Below are positions 18,865-27,620 of a stretch of 64,000 bases of DNA, one piece after another. Position numbers and translations under genes: made by a program. The notes below the pieces were generated by a model. The model was not told the DNA's origin and made no database searches. It was given only the letters and a program-made list of their open reading frames with translations. Source of the DNA: an uncultured Anaerolineales bacterium (GTDB taxonomy: Bacteria; Chloroflexota; Anaerolineae; Anaerolineales; UBA11858); the NCBI GenBank assembly GCA_964344175.1, contig CAYFMI010000003.1, forward strand, positions 1,425 through 65,424, read 5' to 3'. Position 1 is the first letter of the stretch; each line of letters opens with the position of its first letter.

Positions 18865-19965
18865 ATGAAAAGATTTACCTATACAATCCTATTGCTGATT
18901 GCCCTGGCTTCGTGTAACCGGCCATCGGGAGAAGTTATCCCTGTAACACTCACAGCTGACCCCCAAAAAATAGCCGAGGTGGGGGTTGCTGTGCAAGTCG
19001 CTATTCAACTTGAGCGCCAGAATGTGCTGGCCTTTATCGCTGCCGAGACGCGCATCGAGAATGTGCGCATTTCTCGTGATGGCCTATGGGCAGTGGGCTG
19101 GTTGATTCCGTACGACCCGCAGAGCGGCGAACCGGCCCCCATCGAACCGGGGCTGGCGTTGCTGCAACGCATGGGTGACGACTGGCGGGTGTGGCTGCCA
19201 ACTACCAACGGCTGGATCGATACGCTGATGAAAATTCCGGTCGAGATCCTGCCCCAGGAATTCAAAGACGCCTGGGCGCGGCGACACACCATCCAGGCCG
19301 TCAATATCCCCACCGCTGCGCTGGGTGGCTACTTGTTGCCCTGGGAAGCCGGCATCACCCGCCGCCTGACGCAGAGTACCTGCCACGATGAGTACATCCC
19401 CAGTGGGAACGCGCATTATTCATTTGATTTCTCAACCTATGGCGAACTGTGGAATATCTACGCCGCCAAAGCCGGTCAGGTGTGGTTATGGAAGGACGAC
19501 GTGCCCACCTGCTATGAATACACCTGCTCCGATACGCAGCCCTTAGGCAACTATATCGTCATCAAGGATGTGACCACCGACCCGGTCACCTATCAACTTT
19601 ACCTGCATCTCAAACAAGACAGCATCCCCGCCGAACTCAAAGTTCAGGGGACGCCAGTGGCACAGGGCCAATTCATCGGCAATGTGGATAACACCGGGCA
19701 AAGTTGGGGGCATCATCTCCACTTCCAGGTACAGGTTCCCCTGTATGGCGAAAACTATTACTGGGGCCGCTCGATTGACATCACCTTCGATGATGTGGAT
19801 ATTAACGGCGGCCGCCCGCGGGTGCAGAATGCCTGGTGCAACGATGCCGCCTATTGCGACGTTCCGGGGGATGTGTGCAACGATTTCCGTGAGAATTACA
19901 CCTCGCAAAATACTGTTGTCGTCGAAGGGCCGGGGCGGATATTCTTCCCGTTCATTTCGCGCTAA
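18865..19965 (+). CDS. M23-family (LytM-type) metallopeptidase lipoprotein
   Basis: MKRFTYTILLLIALASCN lipobox. Motifs HYSFDF, YLHLKQDS and GNVDNTGQSWGHHLHFQV (HxxxD / HxH M23 motifs). Confidence 0.8.
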   Translation: MKRFTYTILLLIALASCNRPSGEVIPVTLTADPQKIAEVGVAVQVAIQLERQNVLAFIAAETRIENVRISRDGLWAVGWLIPYDPQSGEPAPIEPGLALLQRMGDDWRVWLPTTNGWIDTLMKIPVEILPQEFKDAWARRHTIQAVNIPTAALGGYLLPWEAGITRRLTQSTCHDEYIPSGNAHYSFDFSTYGELWNIYAAKAGQVWLWKDDVPTCYEYTCSDTQPLGNYIVIKDVTTDPVTYQLYLHLKQDSIPAELKVQGTPVAQGQFIGNVDNTGQSWGHHLHFQVQVPLYGENYYWGRSIDITFDDVDINGGRPRVQNAWCNDAAYCDVPGDVCNDFRENYTSQNTVVVEGPGRIFFPFISR

Positions 19966-20031
19966 ACGATGAACGACCGCTAACGACAGACCGCGTTCTC
20001 CCGTCCTCTGTCCCCTGTCTCCCGTCTAATC

Positions 20032-21246
20032 ATGCGTATCACCTTGCTGACCAGTTCCTATCCCCGCTTCCCCGGAGACGGCACGGCTCCCTTCGTGCAA
20101 TCGATTGCCGAGCATCTCGCAAAGCGAGGCCACCAAATTGAAGTCGTCGCGCCGTATGACGAAGCTCTACAAGCAGGAGAAGATGCCATTGTGCCGGTGC
20201 ATCGCTTCCGCTATGCGCCAAGAGCAGGATGGCACATTATGGGACACGCCCGCTCGCTGCACGCCGATGTGCGTCTGCGCACGGCCACTTATTTGTTGCT
20301 GCCCTTTTTCTTGTTGGCCGAATTTCTGACCTTGTGGCGCGTCGCCCGCGCCCAAAACGCCCAACTGATCTACGCCCATTGGGTCTTACCCAACGGCCCG
20401 GCGGCCGCGTTGGTCGCCAGAATTCTAAAAATTCCGCTGGTCATCAGCCTGCACGGCTCGGACATGTATATTGCCAAAAAAAATAAAGCCTTTGCAAAGG
20501 TGGCCGCCTGGGCGTTCCGGCGTGCCGCCGTCGTGACCGCCTGCAGCCCTGAACTGCGAGTAACCGCCCTTGAGCTGGGCGCGCCGCAAGATACCCGCCT
20601 GCTGGCCTGGGGTGCAGATCCGGCGCGCTTCCACCCTGAGGCCGCGCATCCGGAGATCGCACCCCATCTTGGATACCCTCCGCAAAATGTGGTCATTGCA
20701 GGCCTGGGACGCATGGTATCCAAAAAGGGGTTTGAGACCTTGTTGCGCGCCTTTGCCGATCTGGTGAAGGAATACCCCCATGCCCGCCTGGTCATCGGCG
20801 GGGACGGCCCGCTGCGAGTACGGCTGACCGCACGGATTGCAGAATTCGAACTGCAAGCGGGCGTATCTCTGCCCGGCACCCTTCCCTGGGATCAGGCCCC
20901 GGCCTTTCTCGCCCAGGCCGATATTTTCGTGCTGCCATCGGTCAAAGATCCGGGCGGCAATCTCGATGGCTTGCCGACGGTTTTGCTGGAAGCGATGGCC
21001 TGCGGGTTGGCGGTGATTGCCAGCGATATTGGCGGTGTGACGCTTGCTATTCAGGATGGTATCAATGGTTTATTAGTGCAACCCGGTGACGTTCGAGGGC
21101 TAAAAAATGCCCTCGAACAACTTTTGAATAACGCTAACAGGCGGCAGCTGCTAAGTGAAGCAGCCCGGCGTTCGGTGGTGAATCACTTAAACTGGGCTAA
21201 CGTCGCGGCCCAATTGAGTCATCTTTTCCATGAAGCGCTCCGCTAA
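20032..21246 (+). CDS. GT4-family glycosyltransferase
   Basis: 404 aa. MRITLLTSSYPRFPGDGTAPFV... and C-terminal LPSVKDPGGNLDGLPTVLLEAMACGLAVIASDIGG (E-x7-E region). Confidence 0.85.
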   Translation: MRITLLTSSYPRFPGDGTAPFVQSIAEHLAKRGHQIEVVAPYDEALQAGEDAIVPVHRFRYAPRAGWHIMGHARSLHADVRLRTATYLLLPFFLLAEFLTLWRVARAQNAQLIYAHWVLPNGPAAALVARILKIPLVISLHGSDMYIAKKNKAFAKVAAWAFRRAAVVTACSPELRVTALELGAPQDTRLLAWGADPARFHPEAAHPEIAPHLGYPPQNVVIAGLGRMVSKKGFETLLRAFADLVKEYPHARLVIGGDGPLRVRLTARIAEFELQAGVSLPGTLPWDQAPAFLAQADIFVLPSVKDPGGNLDGLPTVLLEAMACGLAVIASDIGGVTLAIQDGINGLLVQPGDVRGLKNALEQLLNNANRRQLLSEAARRSVVNHLNWANVAAQLSHLFHEALR

Positions 21247-22024
21247 CCCGACAAAGGGCATCCAGCCCCCGCCTAATGCCTACACGCAAGACTACTATCT
21301 GACCGAATGCGACGGGCACAGCCAATTTCTTTCATCAACCGGCGCACAGCTCCCCCCGCGCCAGGAGCGCGCCCTTGAAATTGCCGCAATCCAGCCCGGC
21401 CAGCGCATCCTCGACATTGGCAGCGGGCGCGGCGAGTTCGTCTGGCACTGTGCCCGGCGCAACGCCCTGGCCTGGGGCATAGACTACGCCCCAGGCGCAC
21501 TGGCCCTCACAGAGCGACTGCCGCCTCACCCCAAGATGGCTTTCCAGCAGGCCAGAGCCAATCACTTGCCCTTTGCTCCCAAAAGCTTCGATACCGTCTT
21601 CATGCTGGATGTAGTTGAACATCTGACCCCAGATACGCTGCACGCTGCCCTAACCGAAGCCTGCCGCGTCCTCAAACCCGGCGGAAACCTGCTCGTTCAT
21701 ACCATGCCGAATTTGTGGTATTACCGCTGGGGTTATCCGCTCTACCGGCTGGTTCAATGTTTACGCAGGCAGAAGCAACCCCGAGACCCGCGCGCCCGCT
21801 GGCGCTATGCCCATCTGCACGTTAACGAACAATCTCCGCTCTCGCTGCGGGTAGCGTTGCGCAAGAGCGGTTTCCTGCCCGTTATCTGGTTAGAATCCAC
21901 GCAAGAATACCACCATGAGCGCAATCGGCATGTACGGAGTATCCAAAAGGCGCTTACTCGACTGCCGCTGCTGAAGTGGATTTTCTGCAATGATATTTTT
22001 GCCATAGGAAAGAAAGTCGCTTGA
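21230..22024 (+). CDS. Class I SAM-dependent methyltransferase
   Basis: 264 aa. Motif I ILDIGSGRGEF, then DTVFMLDVVEHL and LKPGGNLLVHT. Overlaps both flanking GT genes. Confidence 0.8.
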   Translation: MKRSANPTKGIQPPPNAYTQDYYLTECDGHSQFLSSTGAQLPPRQERALEIAAIQPGQRILDIGSGRGEFVWHCARRNALAWGIDYAPGALALTERLPPHPKMAFQQARANHLPFAPKSFDTVFMLDVVEHLTPDTLHAALTEACRVLKPGGNLLVHTMPNLWYYRWGYPLYRLVQCLRRQKQPRDPRARWRYAHLHVNEQSPLSLRVALRKSGFLPVIWLESTQEYHHERNRHVRSIQKALTRLPLLKWIFCNDIFAIGKKVA

Positions 22025-23139
22025 AAATTTTAATCGACGCACTCGGTATTCACGATTACGGCGGGGGGCGCACAGCCACACTTAACTTGCTACAAAACCT
22101 GCTGGCGCTTGACAAGCGACACCAGTATCGCGTTTTGCTTAGCAAACCCGAACCTTCTTTGCTGGCAAGAAATGTGCACCCCATCATTGCGCCAACCCAA
22201 AACCGATTTCTCGCTCGGATTTGGGCACAGTGGATGATCCTGCGCATCGCCCAGGATTACGACCTGGTTCACTTTACCAAAAATCTTGGCGCACCCCAGG
22301 TTCCGGCACCTTATATTGTTACCCTATATGACCTGACTACACTGCTGCACCCTGAGCTAATGTCTAATGTGGATGTGTGGTATTGGCGGTGGATTCAACC
22401 CATCACCTTGAAAAAGGCCGCTCGTGTGGTTGCAATTTCGCGAACCACCGCGCAGGATGCTCGGACTCACTTTGGGGTGGATGCCAAAAAAATGAGCGTG
22501 ATCTATCCTTCGGTGCATGCGCGTTTTCAACCTGCAGCCCCAGAGCACATCGCGCGTACCCGCGCGCGATACAATTTGCCAGCGAAATACCTTCTCCATG
22601 TGGGCCGCATCGATAACAAGAATAACATCAGTTTGCTGGTCAACGCCTTTCAGCGCTTGCACTCCTCAGGCACAGCCGAGGAGATTGCCCTAGTGATCGC
22701 GGGAGGCGCATATGCGAAAAGCCCCGACAAAGATCTGGCACAATACCGCCGGGGTATTGTGCCATCGAATGTAATCTTCACAGGCCGCATCCCCGACGGT
22801 GATCTTCCGGCCCTGTATAGCGGCGCACAAGTTGTCGTGACGACCTCACTGCACGAAGGTTTTGGTCTGGCTGCTGTCGAAGCCCTGGCTTGCGGAGCGC
22901 CGCTGATTGCCGGTCGTGTGGGAGCACTCCCCGAGGTTCTGGGCGGGGCCGCCCTGTTTGTAGACCCCCTTGATGCGCACCACTATACCGAAGCCATGCG
23001 GCAAGTCGTTTGCGATCACAAGCTGCGCCAACAACTGAGTCAGCGAGGGCTAGAACGCGCAAGTCGCTATCAAAATCAGCACGACGCTCGCGACACCCTC
23101 GATTTATATGCAAAAATTGCCAAAAACAACCCGGCATGA
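22021..23139 (+). CDS. GT4-family glycosyltransferase
   Basis: 372 aa, TTG start in a TTGA overlap. Motifs LLHVGRIDNKNNISLL and TSLHEGFGLAAVEALACGAPLIAGRVGALPE. Confidence 0.85.
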   Translation: MKILIDALGIHDYGGGRTATLNLLQNLLALDKRHQYRVLLSKPEPSLLARNVHPIIAPTQNRFLARIWAQWMILRIAQDYDLVHFTKNLGAPQVPAPYIVTLYDLTTLLHPELMSNVDVWYWRWIQPITLKKAARVVAISRTTAQDARTHFGVDAKKMSVIYPSVHARFQPAAPEHIARTRARYNLPAKYLLHVGRIDNKNNISLLVNAFQRLHSSGTAEEIALVIAGGAYAKSPDKDLAQYRRGIVPSNVIFTGRIPDGDLPALYSGAQVVVTTSLHEGFGLAAVEALACGAPLIAGRVGALPEVLGGAALFVDPLDAHHYTEAMRQVVCDHKLRQQLSQRGLERASRYQNQHDARDTLDLYAKIAKNNPA

Positions 23140-23224
23140 CCAAAGCCGACTATACCGGTATAATTAGATTACCGAGAAAATATCATCACTGTCCTGCATT
23201 GCTTTGCATCTGGAGGCCATACCT

Positions 23225-24688
23225 ATGAAAAAAATACTCACCACCTTATTATGCCTGGGATTCCTTCTAGCTTCTGTTCCCGGCGCTTATGCGCAGGGGC
23301 CTGACGGCGACTGGACGAGTGACATAGCCTGCCAGAATTTAGACCAAAGCAATTCTGCGGAGATCACGATCAGCTTTTATGTTCAGAACAGTGAGCAAGT
23401 GGCTGCAACCTATACCGATACGATCCCCGCGGGAGGCAGCCGCAACTATTCGACACGCGATGCCGCGTTGGGCGTGCCAGAGGGATTCGTAGGCTCGGCA
23501 GTCGTCACTTCATCAAGATCGGTCATTTGCACAGTCAACACCCAAACCACAGGAGATGGAACCAGCGAAAGCCCGTATCGCATCGCCAGCAGTTCTGGCC
23601 TCATTGAAGCTGAAATTGCCTCGACGAAATACGCCCCCCAGGTAATGAAAGAATTCTATGGCTGGAACTCTTATTTTGCCGTGCAAAACGCCAGCAGCAG
23701 CGAGACCACTATCACGATCACTTACAAAGACAGGGCTGGGAACGATATGCCCGCGGCCACTGAAACGGCTACAATTCCAGGGTACAGCACCATAGTTTTC
23801 GATCAAACAGAAAATCCAGAAATTCCCGCCAATTTTATCGGCGCAGCGAAAGTCAGCGTGAGCAACCCCGTCGACGCTAAAATTGCGCTGCTGGTCAATT
23901 TCTTCAATAGCGGCACCGACTCCAGCACGTCTCAATTCCACGGCTATAATGGACTCAGCTCTGGGGCAAGCAAGCTCTATGTGCCGCGCGTCGTTCGTCG
24001 GTTTTACGGTTATAGCAGTGGAATCGCCATCCAAAACGTGAGTGACGTCGCCACCACCATCACGATCACCTTCAACTTCGCGGGGCAATCCTACACCTAC
24101 AATTCAGACTCAATCAATCCCAGCGCGGCACTTGCGTTGTACATCCCAGACCTTGCCGTGCTCGATCCGGTGGATGCGCTCCCCGTCGGTCAGCGGTTTG
24201 GCAATGCAATCATCGAAGTAGACAATCCCGAAGGCCGTGTAGTTGCCATTGTCAACGAAGACAACCGCGGCAACCCGGCCGACAATGACGGCAACGCTAT
24301 CCCTGTCGAGCGCGTTGGGCAAGGCTCAACCTACAGCGCCATTCCTGCGGGAAGTGAAACCCGAAATTTATATTTTCCACAGGTGCCAAACAATGTAGAC
24401 GGAATTTTTTCAGGTGGATTCAATATCTCAAATGTAACCTCGTCTCCGGGGATCTGCGACATTCATTTCAATGAGGCCCCCGAAGCCAAAATCAACGATG
24501 TCGAAATTGCCGCCAGTGGCACGCTATCGTACTATGCGCCGAATATCCCCAACCTGCCCAGCGGCTTCAATTCCGGCGTGCGGGTGGAATGCACAGTAGA
24601 GGTTATTGGCATTCTCAACTTCGCCGCTGCACCCGGCAGCAACAAACTTGGTGACAGTTTCACGCAGAATAACGGTTTCAATAAATAG
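23225..24688 (+). CDS. Secreted protein of unknown function built from four ~115-aa tandem repeat domains
   Basis: SD GGAGG, signal peptide MKKILTTLLCLGFLLASVPGAYA. The repeat core recurs: DIACQNLDQSNSAEITISFY / YFAVQNASSSETTITITYK / GIAIQNVSDVATTITITFN / GFNISNVTSSPGICDIHFN. Each is followed by an IP..F.G.A.V element. Confidence 0.7.
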   Translation: MKKILTTLLCLGFLLASVPGAYAQGPDGDWTSDIACQNLDQSNSAEITISFYVQNSEQVAATYTDTIPAGGSRNYSTRDAALGVPEGFVGSAVVTSSRSVICTVNTQTTGDGTSESPYRIASSSGLIEAEIASTKYAPQVMKEFYGWNSYFAVQNASSSETTITITYKDRAGNDMPAATETATIPGYSTIVFDQTENPEIPANFIGAAKVSVSNPVDAKIALLVNFFNSGTDSSTSQFHGYNGLSSGASKLYVPRVVRRFYGYSSGIAIQNVSDVATTITITFNFAGQSYTYNSDSINPSAALALYIPDLAVLDPVDALPVGQRFGNAIIEVDNPEGRVVAIVNEDNRGNPADNDGNAIPVERVGQGSTYSAIPAGSETRNLYFPQVPNNVDGIFSGGFNISNVTSSPGICDIHFNEAPEAKINDVEIAASGTLSYYAPNIPNLPSGFNSGVRVECTVEVIGILNFAAAPGSNKLGDSFTQNNGFNK

Positions 24689-24700
24689 AACAAAACACAT

Positions 24701-24747
24701 TGCCCAAAAACGGGGTTCCAGCGTAACTGGAACCCCGTTTTTGGGCA
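24701..24747. terminator. Bidirectional intrinsic terminator (perfect 21-bp inverted repeat, 5-nt loop) between convergent genes
   Basis: TGCCCAAAAACGGGGTTCCAG-cgtaa-CTGGAACCCCGTTTTTGGGCA. Confidence 0.85.
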
Positions 24748-24767
24748 GATTTGCGTTTTGGAATTCC

Positions 24768-25736
24768 CTAATTCCGAAAGAAATTCGAAATAAAAAACCA
24801 CAAATTCGCCGGTCTTTCGGCCAGGCGGCGGACAAAGTAAGGATACCATTCGGTGCCATAGGGCACATACACGCGCACCGGGTATCCCTCGGCGGCGAGT
24901 TGCTCTTGTAAATCGCGCCGAATGCCGTGCAACATCTGGAATTCCAGGCCGTCTTTCGGGAAACCTGCCTTCTCAGCATAATCTTTGGCGTAGAGAATGC
25001 GCTTCTCATCATGACTGGCAATCGCGGGGATGGGTGGAAATCGCCCGCATTCTGAAAGGCGGGGCAATTTCTTGGCCACAGCGCCGTCGATCAACATTTG
25101 GGTCAGCAAATCAAAATTCGCATCCACATCGGCTTTGCCGGGGAAAGCGACTTCGGGCGGCTCTTTATAGGCGCCCTTGCACAGGCGCACGCGTGCTCCG
25201 GCCTGCATCAACTGCCGAAGATCTTCTTCACTGCGGTACAAGTAAGCCTGAAGGACAATCCCAACTGTATTGGCAAACCCTGTACTGTGCATCTTTTTAA
25301 ACAAATCTAAGGTGATCTGGGCTACCGGCTCATCCTCCATATCAATACGCACGAAATTATCTTGCGATTTCGCCCGCTCAAGGATACGGCGTAAATTCTC
25401 TTCGCAAAGCGCTTCATCGAGCAGAAGGCCGATCTGGCTGAGTTTGATCGACACGCCAGATTTTACGCCGGTGCGGTCGATTTCATCGAGGATATGTAGC
25501 ACTTCCTCGGTGGCCTGGCGGGCTTCATCGGCGCTGGTGACATTCTCGCCGAGATGATCGAGAGTTCCACAAATTCCCCTATCATTGAGCACTCGAATAG
25601 CTTGGATGGCATCCTCGGGGGTTTCACCAGCTACAAAACGAGAAGCAACCTTCCAGGCAATCTGCCAGCGGGTTACCAATCGTCGTGCCCAACCCGCCTT
25701 AGAGAGATAGATCAACAAAGAACGCAGCATAAGCAT
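24768..25736 (-). CDS. Proline dehydrogenase (monofunctional PutA-type PRODH)
   Basis: 322 aa. Motifs FVAGETPEDAI, GTLDHLGENV, IDMEDEP, QAYLYRSEEDL, RLCKGAY and HGIRRDL are typical PRODH TIM-barrel motifs. Confidence 0.85.
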   Translation of the reverse strand: MLMLRSLLIYLSKAGWARRLVTRWQIAWKVASRFVAGETPEDAIQAIRVLNDRGICGTLDHLGENVTSADEARQATEEVLHILDEIDRTGVKSGVSIKLSQIGLLLDEALCEENLRRILERAKSQDNFVRIDMEDEPVAQITLDLFKKMHSTGFANTVGIVLQAYLYRSEEDLRQLMQAGARVRLCKGAYKEPPEVAFPGKADVDANFDLLTQMLIDGAVAKKLPRLSECGRFPPIPAIASHDEKRILYAKDYAEKAGFPKDGLEFQMLHGIRRDLQEQLAAEGYPVRVYVPYGTEWYPYFVRRLAERPANLWFFISNFFRN

Positions 25737-25980
25737 TTTCCTTCAGCAGAATAACCCTGCGCAGGTCGATACCTTCACAGGCAATTTCCGCCCCCTATTT
25801 TTCGGTAAATTTTCCAACGAACTGCGCAAGGCCTAATATGTGAAATACACAGTGACTTTGCAACCTTGATCTTATAGTATGCAGAAAAATAGTGACAGTG
25901 CAAAAGATACTTGATTCAAGAGAAATTGTACACCCAACTTTTACGAGTCGATGAACTCTTTTGGCAACTCAAAGCCCCTG

Positions 25981-25989
25981 TGATAGAAT
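25981..25989 (+). promoter_or_regulatory. Candidate extended -10 (TGaTAGAAT) 7 nt before ATG 25997 (leaderless arrangement)
   Basis: cTGaTAGAATcgctctcATG. No SD is present. Confidence 0.35.
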
Positions 25990-25996
25990 CGCTCTC

Positions 25997-27484
25997 ATGC
26001 GTAATCGAGGCTCATTCTCTGCATTGCGATGGATATCCATTTTCATGGTTTTCTTCGCAATCGGACTATCCACAATTCAAATTGCATCTTTCAGCCGTCT
26101 GAGAGCCGTCTTTCCAAGCGGCATGATGATTGCCGATATTCCCGTTGGCGGGCTAGATCGTCAGGCCGCCGCGCAACGTCTCTTAGAAACTTACAATCTT
26201 CCGGTAGAGCTTCACTACAATGAAAATATCATTCATCTCGACCCATCGGTGGTCGGGTTTGAGCTAGACCTGGAAAGTATGCTGGCCGCGGCCGACCTGG
26301 AGCGCACGCGGGTTCCGTTCTGGTTGGGCTTTTGGGATTATTTATGGGGACGGCAAACTCCACCCAGTGACATTCCGCTGCGTTCATCCTTCTCAGAAGA
26401 GCGTTTGAAGACTTATCTCAGCGAAGAGATCTCTACCCGTTACGATCTCCCACCAACACCGCCCCTGCCGGTAGCCGGCTCGGTGGATTTCCAACAAGGC
26501 ACATTGGGGACTTCTCTGGATGTGACGCGCGCCATCCTGCCGATTGATAATGCGCTACGCTCGATATCCCAACGGATTGTTGAATTACCCCTGACACGCA
26601 CCCTGCCCCCGCGCCCCTCGCGCGAAAACCTTGAAATATTGCTCAAACAAACGATTGACTTGGCAGAATTTGAAGGCATTCTTGGATTCTATATGCTGGA
26701 TCTGCAAACTGCCGATGAGATCCACTTTGCTTACCAGCAAGGTGTGGACTATCCGGTCAATCCTGATGTGGCTTTCACCACCGCCAGCATTATCAAGATC
26801 CCTATCCTGGTTTCGACGTATCGGCGCATCAACGAGACGCCCGATGCCGAAACGGCTAATCTGATCGAATTGATGATTATCGAATCGGGCAATGAAACTG
26901 CTGACTGGTTGATGCAGCGCGAAATCGACCCTATTCGAGCGCCATTGCTTATCACGGAAGATCTTCAGACCATTGGACTGCAAAACACGTTCCTGGCCGG
27001 GCACTTCTATCTGGGCGCGCCGGTTCTCGACTTGTTTACAACACCGGCCAACTCTCGCGAAGACATCAGCACCAACCCAGATGTTTATAACCAAACCACC
27101 CCCTCAGATATGGGGATGCTGTTGGAAGATATTTATCAGTGCTCTGAGACCGGTGGCGGCGCGCTGACCGCGGCTTTCGCCGGCGAGATCAACCAGGATG
27201 AATGCAAAGCGATGATATCGTATCTCACACAAAACAAAATGCCGTCGCTGTTGGAAGCCGGGATTCCGGAGGGAACTCAGATTGCCCACAAGCACGGCTG
27301 GGTGACGAACAACGGCATTATCAACTTGATTGGTGATGCGGGGATTATTTACACAATTGGTGGGGATTATGTCCTGGTGATTTTTATGTATCATCCGGTA
27401 CAACTAATTTGGGACCCCTCTTCTGGTTTAGTAGGCCAGTTATCTCAGGCGGTTTACAATTATTTCAACTTGCCCACACCCTAA
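25997..27484 (+). CDS. Membrane-anchored serine hydrolase with class-A beta-lactamase / PBP-like fold
   Basis: N-terminal TM WISIFMVFFAIGLSTI. S-x-x-K TASIIKIP, S-x-N ESGNETAD, and KHG (HKHGWV) in place of KTG. The alternative TTG start at 25961 is less likely. Confidence 0.7.
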   Translation: MRNRGSFSALRWISIFMVFFAIGLSTIQIASFSRLRAVFPSGMMIADIPVGGLDRQAAAQRLLETYNLPVELHYNENIIHLDPSVVGFELDLESMLAAADLERTRVPFWLGFWDYLWGRQTPPSDIPLRSSFSEERLKTYLSEEISTRYDLPPTPPLPVAGSVDFQQGTLGTSLDVTRAILPIDNALRSISQRIVELPLTRTLPPRPSRENLEILLKQTIDLAEFEGILGFYMLDLQTADEIHFAYQQGVDYPVNPDVAFTTASIIKIPILVSTYRRINETPDAETANLIELMIIESGNETADWLMQREIDPIRAPLLITEDLQTIGLQNTFLAGHFYLGAPVLDLFTTPANSREDISTNPDVYNQTTPSDMGMLLEDIYQCSETGGGALTAAFAGEINQDECKAMISYLTQNKMPSLLEAGIPEGTQIAHKHGWVTNNGIINLIGDAGIIYTIGGDYVLVIFMYHPVQLIWDPSSGLVGQLSQAVYNYFNLPTP

Positions 27485-27620
27485 TGGATTGCATCGCCAG
27501 ACCTCAGCAAAGGTGCGAAGCACTTCGAAAATTGAAGTAGCCCAATAAGTTCGAAAACAAGTGCGTTGCACCAGGCAAAAATCAACTCAACAACGCATTC
27601 AAAAATTTGATCCAATCGCC

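Noticed and set aside
20370-20879. 169-aa and 143-aa minus-strand ORFs inside the first GT4 gene
   Set aside because: They are antisense shadow frames, Arg/Ala/Pro-rich, inside a gene with clear GT4 motifs.
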